Positions 11,801 through 19,120 of a DNA stretch of 25,117 nucleotides are shown here, piece after piece; position 1 is the stretch's first letter; each line of letters starts with the position of its first letter. Origin of the DNA: Flavobacteriales bacterium. Lineage in GTDB: Bacteria; Bacteroidota; Bacteroidia; Flavobacteriales_D; Sanyastnellaceae. The notes under the pieces are model-generated. The model was not told the origin of the DNA, searched no databases, and was given only the letters and a program-made list of their open reading frames with translations. The stretch covers positions 1-25,117 of the forward strand of contig JBDQOS010000080.1 of NCBI GenBank assembly GCA_040261075.1. Reading direction: 5' to 3'. The translations under genes were made by a program, and so were the position numbers.

Positions 11801-12982
11801 TACACCGAGGCCGACGTCGAAGACCCGGCCACCGGCTTCACCTACGAGTTCACGCCGTTGTTTGCGCCAACGCGCGGCGACCTCATCCGCCTGCAGCAGT
11901 GGAACACGCCTGAGTCGACCAGCAGCGTCGACGTGGTGTTCACCAACGACCGCAGCAAGTGGACGCGTTGCCCTGTGCTGGAAATGCAGCCCAACGACGT
12001 CTTGGCCCAAAACGCCACCGGCGCTCCCGGCTCTTTGGAGAAGATGAACTTGCGCCGCCACAAGTCGGTCGACAAGTTTGGGGTCACCGCCGAAGACGGA
12101 GGCAACGCTGCCGACGCCAACCTCACCAGCAACGTGGGCATGGGGTGGTTCCCCGGCTACGCCATTGACCTCACCACCGGAGAGCGCCTCAACATGGCCT
12201 TCGGGGAAGACTCGTGGCTGAGCGCCGACAACGGCAAGGACATGATTTGGAACCCGTCGCCGAGCTACCAATACGCCGGCGGACAGCACTGGATCTACGT
12301 CTTTAAGAACGGCCAAGCCGCCTCCGGAACGGAGAACCGCATGCCGGCCTACGACAAGGGTGCCTTCCTCATGGAAAACCTCACCGACCCGAGCATCTCC
12401 ACCGAGCGTCGCGCCTTCCGCGACTGCGCGTGGGTGGGCTCGGCCTTGAGCAACGCCGACTTCCCGATGCTTTCCATCGAAGAGGGACTCATCCCCAACG
12501 AAACGCGCGTGAGCTTGCGTGTGGCACGCCCCTACGACAAGTACAGCAACGTCGTCATCGACACCGACAACGTCGACAACGCCAAAAACAACTGGGATCC
12601 GCTCTACCGCTTCTCCACGGCCGACGTGGCGACGCGCACCGAGCAAGTCACCGTGTTGGAGGAAATGCTTGCCGAAATCAACGTCGTGCCCAACCCGTAC
12701 TACGCCTACAGCCAGTACGAGACCAACAAGCTCGACAACCGCGTCAAAATCGTCAACCTCCCCGAGGTCTGCACGGTGCGCATCTACAACCTCGCAGGCA
12801 CCCTCATCCGGACCTACGACAAGGCGGACCCGCTCACCTACGTGGACTGGGACCTCAAGAACGAAGCCAACGTGCCCATCGCCGGAGGCGTCTACATCAT
12901 CCACATCGACGTGCCAGGCGTCGGTCAGGCCGTGCGAAAGTGGTTCGGCGTGATGCGACCCATCGATTTGGACAACTTCTGA
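8843..12982 (+). CDS. Large secreted protein with T9SS-like/FlgD-Ig-like C-terminal sorting domain (1379 aa)
   Basis: Signal peptide; LEWNNVRALI..GG.LW...YEVPKGGG...LYAGALWMGG N-terminal block; DYDGDG Ca-binding-like loop; FN3-like segment (PDAPDV...FEGYQIY...YYFMAMAY); C-terminal NVVPNPY...NLPEVCTVRIYNLAGTLIRT...WDLKN...IAGGVYIIHI. Confidence 0.8.
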   Translation: MPSKQMNRILSFSALFLVASTAWGYKYVGAGTPGETAGSNNQPALRAAACAPATGLRDLEWNNVRALIETGGSLWQDRATSQASYEVPKGGGISSLYAGALWMGGISPDQQLKLAALTFRNRGNDYWTGPLTNDGSAEIDAEVCDVYDEFFVSTRADAQRHRQYFDAIANGTVDEEFPEGYAIPGYFRDYPAHGNTEAYQDYYLAPFKDYDGDGFYSPDNGDYPWYDFLQEIDCKNRKREDIVPLYGDRNFYWIFNDKGNVHSESQGEPIGMEIRAQAFAFSTNDEVNNMTFHNYVLINQGTQTLANTYFGVWVDADVGTATDDYVGCDVQRGLGYSYNGDAVDEPSSSSQGYGENPPAVGIDFFEGPYQDSDSIDNPLTTNFSNAIDSLGIPYDGIGIGYGDGVVDNERFGMRRFVYYNNSGNQINGEPVTPLHFYNYMNGIWKNGQKMAYGGDGVSAATGANLDIECDYMFPGDTDPFNWGTGGTSVDPWTEVTSGNPPADRRFIQAAGPFILEPGDYNNITMGVVWARATAGDPEESVKLMRIADDKAQALFDNCFEIVSGPDAPDVTVQELENELILYLTNDNPLSNNYQEDYLQFDPGIPKFDINGNQYDSLSRSYTFEGYQIYQLANSEVSPADLGDIDQARLIFQCDVTNDIDVVVNYVQDTEMGLPVPTLMANGENEGVQHSFRVTKDAFAQGDNALVNHKTYYFMAMAYGYNNYEEYDPITGSGQDVQYKASRKAAVGSIRVYSGSPHKPTTESGGLVQSAAYGDGVTITRLEGMGNGLNDVALTAESEADLVASDNGKLAEVTYQGGLGPVAVRVVDPLSVPEAEFELRVLGEAGSLSSGEDVEWVLTNLTMLDTAVTASDSAKAIVTSDRTINVLNEQLVLEWGLGITVHQQVYPSSADIATPLGASITFENPQEPWLLGLPDGEGFTEDNWIRAGTQAGDDTSPFELAYNDLMDEDEVYEGFLGGTWAPYCVVSYTEADVEDPATGFTYEFTPLFAPTRGDLIRLQQWNTPESTSSVDVVFTNDRSKWTRCPVLEMQPNDVLAQNATGAPGSLEKMNLRRHKSVDKFGVTAEDGGNAADANLTSNVGMGWFPGYAIDLTTGERLNMAFGEDSWLSADNGKDMIWNPSPSYQYAGGQHWIYVFKNGQAASGTENRMPAYDKGAFLMENLTDPSISTERRAFRDCAWVGSALSNADFPMLSIEEGLIPNETRVSLRVARPYDKYSNVVIDTDNVDNAKNNWDPLYRFSTADVATRTEQVTVLEEMLAEINVVPNPYYAYSQYETNKLDNRVKIVNLPEVCTVRIYNLAGTLIRTYDKADPLTYVDWDLKNEANVPIAGGVYIIHIDVPGVGQAVRKWFGVMRPIDLDNF

Positions 12983-12995
12983 TCTGCAACCTCTC

Positions 12996-14033
12996 ATGAA
13001 GAAGCATACATCTCTCCTCCTCGCGGCCTGTGTCGCCCTCGGAACTGCATTTGCCGGAAACCCGGACCGCGCAGGATCTGCCGGTGCCGCACAACTGCTC
13101 ATCAACCCCTGGGCGGCTTCCAACGGCTTGGCAGGAACCAACATGGCGTCCGTGACCGGACTTGAAAGCACGTTCAGCAACGTCGCGGGTTTGGCCTTTG
13201 TGCAACGCAACGAATTGGCCTTCGCCAACAGCATGTACTTGGGTGGAACCGGCATTGCGCTGAATTCCCTCGGATTCGCCACGAAAGTGGGCGATTCTGG
13301 CGTGCTCGGCTTGAGCGTCACGAGCATGAATTTTGGGGACATCCCCATCACAACCGAAGACTTGCCTGAGGGCGGGATTGGCTCGTTCTCTCCCTCGTTC
13401 AGCAACATTGGAGTGACCTACTCCAAAGAATTCTCCAACTCCATCTACGGTGGCATCACGCTTCGCATCATTGGCGAAAGCATCAGCAACGTGCGTGCAA
13501 GCGGCGTGTGCTTTGACGCGGGAATTCGCTACATCACAGGGGAGGATGACCGGTTGAAGTTTGGCATTGCGTTGCGCAACGTGGGTGCACCCATGCGCTA
13601 CGCAGGCGACGGTTTGACGGTCACCGCGACGCCACAAGGTGCGGACGGTTCATTGACCGTTTTCCAGCGTTCTGAGAAGTACGAATTGCCTTCGCTCGTC
13701 AACATTGGGGTCGCTGTGGACGTGGTTTCCAACGACAACACGGTGGTGACGGCCACGGGGCAATTTGTGTCCAACAGCTTCACCAAAGACCAAATCGGCG
13801 GGGGTGTGGAAGCGACTTTGGGCGACCGCTTGGTCCTTCGCGGTGGGTACATGTGGGAGCAGGGGTTGATTGACGGCGGACAAGACGTCGCGACAGCCTA
13901 CACGGGTCCTGCTGCCGGGGTCGGGTTGAACCTGCCCGCCGGTGAAGGAGCCACCATGAAACTCGATTACAGCTACCGAACAACCAACCCGTTCAACGGA
14001 ACCCATACGCTCGGGCTGAAAATTTCGTTGTAA
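12996..14033 (+). CDS. PorV/PorQ-family (FadL-like) outer-membrane barrel
   Basis: Signal peptide ending AFA-G; AGAAQLLINPWAASNGLAG resembles the PorV N-terminal hatch motif; FSNVAGLAF resembles the FadL-type NPAGL motif; amphipathic strands through to THTLGLKISL. Confidence 0.8.
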   Translation: MKKHTSLLLAACVALGTAFAGNPDRAGSAGAAQLLINPWAASNGLAGTNMASVTGLESTFSNVAGLAFVQRNELAFANSMYLGGTGIALNSLGFATKVGDSGVLGLSVTSMNFGDIPITTEDLPEGGIGSFSPSFSNIGVTYSKEFSNSIYGGITLRIIGESISNVRASGVCFDAGIRYITGEDDRLKFGIALRNVGAPMRYAGDGLTVTATPQGADGSLTVFQRSEKYELPSLVNIGVAVDVVSNDNTVVTATGQFVSNSFTKDQIGGGVEATLGDRLVLRGGYMWEQGLIDGGQDVATAYTGPAAGVGLNLPAGEGATMKLDYSYRTTNPFNGTHTLGLKISL

Positions 14034-14070
14034 GCGGAGACGCGCGAAAAATTTGCTATTTTGCATGAAC

Positions 14071-14107
14071 GAGAGGGCCACGCGCCCTCTTGTTTGTGTT
14101 TCCTTTT
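14071..14107 (+). terminator. Putative terminator or attenuator hairpin in the greA leader
   Basis: GAGAGGGC-CACGC-GCCCTCTT stem (8 bp including one G-U) followed by the interrupted U-rich tail GTTTGTGTTTCCTTTT. Confidence 0.5.
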
Positions 14108-14163
14108 ACGGGAACGAAGCGCCGAAGAGGCGCACACCTGAACTTTCTTTTTGATCTGACATC

Positions 14164-14637
14164 ATGTCCAACGTATCCTACTACACCGCCGAAGGCCTTC
14201 AGAAACTGAAAGACGAGCTGCACCAAATGAAGACCGTCGAACGTCCGAAGATCTCCCAGCAAATTGCCGAAGCGCGCGACAAGGGCGACCTCAGCGAGAA
14301 CGCGGAATACGACGCCGCGAAAGAAGCGCAAGGCATGCTTGAGGCCAAGATCGCCAAGATGGAGAACCTGCTGGCGAACGCCCGAATCATTGACGATTCC
14401 GACATCGACAACAGCAAAGTGTTCATCTTGAGCAAGGTCCGAATCAAAAACCAAAAGAACGGCGCAGAAGTGACCTACACGCTTGTGGCAGAAAACGAAG
14501 CCAACCTGGCCGAGAAAAAGATCTCGGTGGACAGTCCCATCGGCAAAGGACTGCTTGGCAAGGCCGTGGGCGACGTTGCAGAAGTGACCGTGCCTGCAGG
14601 AGTAATTCCCTTCGAGATCCTTGAAATCTCGCGTTGA
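14164..14637 (+). CDS. greA: Transcription elongation factor GreA
   Basis: IAEARDKGDLSENAEYDAAKEAQ and ISVDSPIGKGLLGK motifs; 157 aa. Confidence 0.98.
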   Translation: MSNVSYYTAEGLQKLKDELHQMKTVERPKISQQIAEARDKGDLSENAEYDAAKEAQGMLEAKIAKMENLLANARIIDDSDIDNSKVFILSKVRIKNQKNGAEVTYTLVAENEANLAEKKISVDSPIGKGLLGKAVGDVAEVTVPAGVIPFEILEISR

Positions 14638-15038
14638 TGGCCTCCATCTTCAGCCGGATTGTCGCCGGAGAAATTCCGTGTCACAAGGTGGCCGAGGACG
14701 ACCGCTTCTTGGCGTTTTTGGACATCATGCCTCTGGCGAGCGGCCACACGTTGGTCATTCCGAAGTTGGAGGTGGACCGCATTTGGGACTTGGAACCGGG
14801 AGTGCTTGGAGACTTGCACGTGTTCAGCCAGCGCGTCGCACTTGCCATTGAATCGGCTGTGCCGTGTCAGCGGGTAGGACAGGCCGTCATTGGGCTCGAG
14901 GTTCCGCATGCGCACGTCCATTTGATTCCCCTCAACAGCGTTGCGGACATCAATTTCGAACGGCCCAAGTTGAAGGTGACCCAGGAAGAGCTGGCTGCGA
15001 CGGCTGAAAAGATTCGGAACGCCTTTGCAAAGCGTTAA
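14637..15038 (+). CDS. HIT (histidine triad) family nucleotide-binding protein
   Basis: SIFSRIVAGEIPC, AFLDIMPLASGHTLVIPK and the triad VPHAHVHLIP. ATG overlaps the greA stop (TGATG). Confidence 0.95.
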   Translation: MASIFSRIVAGEIPCHKVAEDDRFLAFLDIMPLASGHTLVIPKLEVDRIWDLEPGVLGDLHVFSQRVALAIESAVPCQRVGQAVIGLEVPHAHVHLIPLNSVADINFERPKLKVTQEELAATAEKIRNAFAKR

Positions 15039-15049
15039 GCGCTCCCCGG

Positions 15050-16351
15050 TCAGTCCAAATCAAGCAGCGCGGTCCAAACACTCAGCACCCCGGAGTCCTC
15101 GCGGGTCCAGATGGGACGGACTCGGCCGTCCACTGCTGAAATGTTGTTGTAGTCCCCGAAGAACACTTTTCCTTCAGGGGTGAAAGGCAGTTCCGAGACG
15201 GTTCGGTTGATCCACGTGGTTCCTCCGTCGGTGCTCGAGGCCACCACCACGTGCGTGGACACGTCTTCGCGATTGGGGTTGTGACGGCGGTCGTAAAACA
15301 CAACGTGCACGTCGCCACGCACGGGATCGACGGTCATCCAGGTGAAGAATTGATCTCGGTCCGCGCCGTCGTTGTTGACCCGCTGGGTGGTCGACCACGT
15401 CTCTCCCGCGTCGTCAGACCACGTGATCCACACGTCGTTGTCGCCGTTTCGCGAATCGGTCCAGTTGACGTAGATGCGTCCACGGTGCGGGCCGTTGCTA
15501 GTGTCGACGCAGGTCACAGGCATCCCGTTCACGCGTCCAATGCCCGCGATGCTTTGGTCCCACCCGCCCACGATGTCCGCCACGATGCGGTCTTCGCCCC
15601 AGGTCAAGCCTCCGTCCAAGCTCTTGTCAAAGTAAATCCAAGGCCCGAGCGCCCAAGCCACGAAAATCTCCCCGTTCACGCCGACCGCCGGAACCGCCCC
15701 CTCGGTCGTGTCGTCGCCGTCGAGGCAATCTCCCGCCTTGTCGCTCACGCGGACCGGATCAGACCACTTCTTGCCTTTCGCGTTCGCGTGACTGCACAGA
15801 ATCGTGGTGCTGTCGCCCGGCTCCTTGCTCCCGTAGGCGTCAAATTGGGTCCAACACGCGTGGATTTGGCTGCCGTCGGCGTTGACCGCCGCCCATTCCT
15901 TGTCTTGATCCTTGGGCGGCGTGTGCCCCATGCCTCCGCCTTTGGACCACGTCTCGCCCCCGTCCTTGGACCGTTGGCACACAATGCGGTCAAGCAGCGC
16001 TTCGCTTCGCCACCCCTGCCCTTCCGGGTCGCTTAAGTGAAGGTAGTAGAAGTCCCCGGTCGGGCTGGCCACCACACACGGGTCGCCAAACACCCCCAAC
16101 GGCGACTTCAGCGTCCCCTTGGTCCACGTCTCCCCTCCGTCTTCGGAACGGTACACGTTGTCCAAAATGCTTCCCGCCACCACCACGTCCGCGTTGGTGG
16201 GGTCGATGGCGATGCTGGGCTCGCAGGGTTGGTATCCCTTGCCGTCCCAAACATCGAGACGGACGTTGACTGGCGACTGCCCCAAGGCAGCCGCAGCGAG
16301 GCCCACAACCGCCCCAACGGACAAGGCGCTGCGGAGGATCATCCGTGCCAT
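15050..16351 (-). CDS. Secreted BNR/Asp-box beta-propeller (sialidase-fold) protein, activity unassigned
   Basis: Signal peptide and five Asp-box repeats: RSEDGGETW, RSKDGGETW, KSLDGGLTW, WSDDAGETW, SSTDGGTTW. Confidence 0.8.
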   Translation of the reverse strand: MARMILRSALSVGAVVGLAAAALGQSPVNVRLDVWDGKGYQPCEPSIAIDPTNADVVVAGSILDNVYRSEDGGETWTKGTLKSPLGVFGDPCVVASPTGDFYYLHLSDPEGQGWRSEALLDRIVCQRSKDGGETWSKGGGMGHTPPKDQDKEWAAVNADGSQIHACWTQFDAYGSKEPGDSTTILCSHANAKGKKWSDPVRVSDKAGDCLDGDDTTEGAVPAVGVNGEIFVAWALGPWIYFDKSLDGGLTWGEDRIVADIVGGWDQSIAGIGRVNGMPVTCVDTSNGPHRGRIYVNWTDSRNGDNDVWITWSDDAGETWSTTQRVNNDGADRDQFFTWMTVDPVRGDVHVVFYDRRHNPNREDVSTHVVVASSTDGGTTWINRTVSELPFTPEGKVFFGDYNNISAVDGRVRPIWTREDSGVLSVWTALLDLD

Positions 16352-17331
16352 GCGCGGTAGAGTTGTGCGAATTCCTTCGCGAAGTAGGTCAAAATCACGT
16401 CCGCACCCGCCCGATGAATGCTCAACAACATTTCAGGCATGGCTTTGTCGTAGTCAATCCAACCCTTTTCCGCTGCCGCCTTCAACATCGCGTACTCGCC
16501 GCTCACGTTGTAGGCCGCGATGGGGCGGTCGCTGAATTCTTTGAGGGCCAAAATCACGTCCAAGTAGCACAACGCCGGCTTGACCATGAGCATGTCAGCG
16601 CCCTCAGCCATGTCCAGTTCCGCCTCGCGCAGCGCCTCGCGCCGGTTCGCGGGGTCCATTTGGTAGGTCTTTTTGTCCCCGTGCTTGGGAGCGCTCTCGA
16701 GCGCGTCCCGAAACCGGCCGTAGTACGCGCTGGCGTACTTGGCCGTGTAGCTCAGGATGGCCGTGTCAGTGTGGCCCGCAGCGTCAAGCGCTTCGCGAAT
16801 GACCGCCACGCGGCCGTCCATCATGTCGGACGGTCCAATGCTGTCGAAGCCGGCTTCCGCCTGGACGACCGCCATGTCGGCCAGGATGGGAAGCGTGAGG
16901 TCGTTGACGATTTGGCCTTCCTTCACGACACCGTCGTGGCCGTCAGAACTGTAGGGATCCATGGCCACGTCGCTCATCAACCACGCCTCCGGGAAGCGGT
17001 CTTTGATGGCCCGCGCGAGGCGCAGGTAGAAGTTGTCGCGGGACAGGCCGTAGGTCGCCGAGGCGTCCTTCAGCGCGTCGTCCACGGCGGGAAACAGCAC
17101 GAAGGACGAGACCCCGAGGTTCATCGCTTCTTCCACTTCGCGCAGGGCGTGGTCCTCAGTCACCCGGTCGATGCCGGGCATGGACACGATGGGCTCTCGG
17201 CGAGACTCCCCGTCCAGCACGAACAGGGGGTAGATCAGGTGATCTGGGGTCAAGTGCGTTTCCCGAACCAACCCGCGAACCGCAGCTGAACTCCGGTTGC
17301 GCCGCGGACGTTGAGGCAAGTCGTAAGCCAT
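16339..17331 (-). CDS. hemB: Porphobilinogen synthase (ALA dehydratase)
   Basis: RPRRNR N-terminus, DVAMDPYSSDGHDG, PSDMMDGRV, SYTAKYASAYYGRFRDAL, KKTYQMDPAN, MVKPAL and AYNVSGEYAM. Start is 17331 or 17337; the track start at 17520 is over-extended. Confidence 0.97.
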   Translation of the reverse strand: MAYDLPQRPRRNRSSAAVRGLVRETHLTPDHLIYPLFVLDGESRREPIVSMPGIDRVTEDHALREVEEAMNLGVSSFVLFPAVDDALKDASATYGLSRDNFYLRLARAIKDRFPEAWLMSDVAMDPYSSDGHDGVVKEGQIVNDLTLPILADMAVVQAEAGFDSIGPSDMMDGRVAVIREALDAAGHTDTAILSYTAKYASAYYGRFRDALESAPKHGDKKTYQMDPANRREALREAELDMAEGADMLMVKPALCYLDVILALKEFSDRPIAAYNVSGEYAMLKAAAEKGWIDYDKAMPEMLLSIHRAGADVILTYFAKEFAQLYRAWHG

Positions 17332-17333
17332 CT

Positions 17334-17795
17334 TCATGGAGTCAAAGAGTTTAACTCGTTGATCAACCCGTCCAGTTCGGCGCGAATGGCCTTTTGGAGG
17401 GCGAGGTGGTCGTCGTCCGAAAGCTCGTCGAGCGAAGTTTCGTGGTGATGGTGGTGTTCGCCGTCCGCGTGGTCGTGGTTGCAGGTGGCGCCTGGAAGAA
17501 GGACCTGGTTGGACATCCACGCTTCGTAACGCACATCGAGGTCATCAAGCTTGGCCAGCACACTCTTGTAGATGTCTTCGCGGCCTTCGACCCCGCTCGG
17601 CGCTGACAATTGCGCTTCCAAGTCCTCTCGAATCAAGTCAAGACGCGTGTGGAATTGGCGGCCTACCTCGGAGGTTTCGTCGTTCAAAGCCCGCGCCTCC
17701 TTCATGGCTGGACTGTCTTCGTGGTTGTGGCACCCCGTTCCAACCATGGCGACCAACAAGGCTGCAAAGAGCCACGACTTGTGCATGTACTTCAT
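17334..17795 (-). CDS. His-rich lipoprotein of unknown function, probable metal binder
   Basis: Lipobox VGTG-C, helical body and CNHDHADGEHHHHHE segment. Confidence 0.8.
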   Translation of the reverse strand: MKYMHKSWLFAALLVAMVGTGCHNHEDSPAMKEARALNDETSEVGRQFHTRLDLIREDLEAQLSAPSGVEGREDIYKSVLAKLDDLDVRYEAWMSNQVLLPGATCNHDHADGEHHHHHETSLDELSDDDHLALQKAIRAELDGLINELNSLTP

Positions 17796-17823
17796 GGCTT
17801 GAAATTACAACGGATTGCACCAC

Positions 17824-18045
17824 TCACGGGTCCCTTCGGGGCACAGGGTCGGGACCGCTCGTCCCCCACGGATGGCACCTTGAAATTCGGCGCAACACCA
17901 AGCCCAAACCCCGCCATGCGCCCCATTCCTTTAGCGCCTCGATGGCGTATCGACTGCATGTGGGGTCGTGCCGACAATTGTTCCCAAGCCAAGGACTCAA
18001 CAGAACCTGGTATGCCCGGACGAGAAAAATCAACACGCGCTTCAC
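17824..18045 (-). CDS. yidD: Membrane protein insertion efficiency factor YidD
   Basis: VRAYQVLLSPWLGNNCRHDPTCSRYAIEAL...RRISRCHPWG with the three conserved Cys. GTG start overlaps the upstream stop (GTGA). Confidence 0.92.
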   Translation of the reverse strand: MKRVLIFLVRAYQVLLSPWLGNNCRHDPTCSRYAIEALKEWGAWRGLGLVLRRISRCHPWGTSGPDPVPRRDP

Positions 18046-18605
18046 CACGGAATCCGCTCCAAAGCCATGACCAACGACAAGAACACAGCTCCCCCGCACA
18101 CGAACAGCTGTTGGTCGCGTTCGGAAACCTTGACCGAACGAAGCAGGCTGGCCAACGCGAGCATCACCGCCAAAATCACGAGCTGCCCGATTTCCACACC
18201 CAAATTGAATCGGAACAAGCCACCGATGAACCCCGCCGTTTCGTCTCGCGAGATCCGAAAGAAGGAGCTAAATCCTAGGCCGTGAATCAGCCCAAAAACG
18301 GCGGCCATCGCGTACGTCCACCGACGCTGCTTTGCCGTGCCGTCTCCGGACCGCAGATTCCAAAGTGCCGTGACGAGGATGGTGACGGGGATGAGGAACT
18401 CCACCCAGTCGCCGGGCACCCGAAACAGGTCGAGCGAGGCGACGGCCAGGGTCAGGCTGTGGCCGACGGTGAAGGCCGTGGCCAGGAGCGCCGCCTTGCC
18501 CGCGTGCCGCAAATCGCAGCGCGCGACGAGCGCCAACAGGTACAGCATGTGGTCGTACCCTTGCCAGTCGGTGATGTGCGAGATGCCGAGGGCGATGTCG
18601 TTCAT
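18042..18605 (-). CDS. HupE/UreJ-family (HupE_UreJ_2-type) membrane protein
   Basis: LGISHI...GYDHMLYLLAL, ATAFTVGHSLTL, FGLIHGLGFS and FNLGVEIGQL. ATG 18605 overlaps the folA stop (ATGA). Confidence 0.9.
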   Translation of the reverse strand: MNDIALGISHITDWQGYDHMLYLLALVARCDLRHAGKAALLATAFTVGHSLTLAVASLDLFRVPGDWVEFLIPVTILVTALWNLRSGDGTAKQRRWTYAMAAVFGLIHGLGFSSFFRISRDETAGFIGGLFRFNLGVEIGQLVILAVMLALASLLRSVKVSERDQQLFVCGGAVFLSLVMALERIPW

Positions 18606-19114
18606 TCTTCTGGGCGATCGTAGCGCGTAACGATGAAGGCGTGGTCGTGCCGCTCGTCGCCGCTGTGGCGCATGAGCTCCTGCCCCGCCCATCCGTGCCA
18701 CGCGTCGTTGGGGTAATGGGCGTCGCCATCCGGCTCGGCATGCACGTGGGTGATGTACTGGGTGTCGACGAGGCCGGCGTCGAGGGCCAGCTGGTAGATT
18801 TGGCCTCCGCCAATGATGAAACACTCCGTCTCCGCCGCAGCGCGGGCGAAGCCGATGGCGTCCTCAAGGTCGTGCACTACGACGGCGCCCTCCGCCTGGT
18901 AACCGCGGTTGCGGGTGACCACGACGTTGGTTCGGCCTTTGAGCGGGCGGTATTTCTCCGGGATGCTCTCGTAGTTCTTTCGGCCCGTGATGACGACGTG
19001 GCCCTTGGTCGTGTCCATGAAAAACTTCATGTCGTCTGGCAACGACCAAACCAAGTCGTTGTCCTTGCCGATGACGCCGTTCATGGCGACGGCCGCAATG
19101 GTGCTGATGCGCAT
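18602..19114 (-). CDS. folA: Dihydrofolate reductase
   Basis: IAAVAMNGVIGKDNDLVWSLPDDMKFF, GRKNYESI, RPLKGRTNVV and IIGGGQIY. Confidence 0.97.
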   Translation of the reverse strand: MRISTIAAVAMNGVIGKDNDLVWSLPDDMKFFMDTTKGHVVITGRKNYESIPEKYRPLKGRTNVVVTRNRGYQAEGAVVVHDLEDAIGFARAAAETECFIIGGGQIYQLALDAGLVDTQYITHVHAEPDGDAHYPNDAWHGWAGQELMRHSGDERHDHAFIVTRYDRPEE

Positions 19115-19120
19115 GGTCTA

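Noticed and set aside
10331-13408. 1025-aa minus-strand ORF, plus other long antisense ORFs (8762-10186, 6930-7979, 1926-3314, 16345-17289, 18641-19960)
   Set aside because: These are shadow frames of well-supported genes with strong GC3 bias. They show no recognisable motifs and the Val/Arg/His/Gly-rich composition typical of antisense translation.
14072-14081. 10-nt AGAGGGCCAC shared between the greA leader hairpin and the terminal repeat (24770-24779)
   Set aside because: It is short, GC-rich and sequestered in stems in both places. Chance or convergent terminator sequence explains it.
17801-17821. Imperfect palindrome TGCAA-TCCG-TTGTA upstream of the His-rich lipoprotein as a metal-regulator box
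   Set aside because: It has one mismatch, different spacing from the 5022-5036 motif, and overlaps a weak promoter-like sequence. There is too little information to support it.
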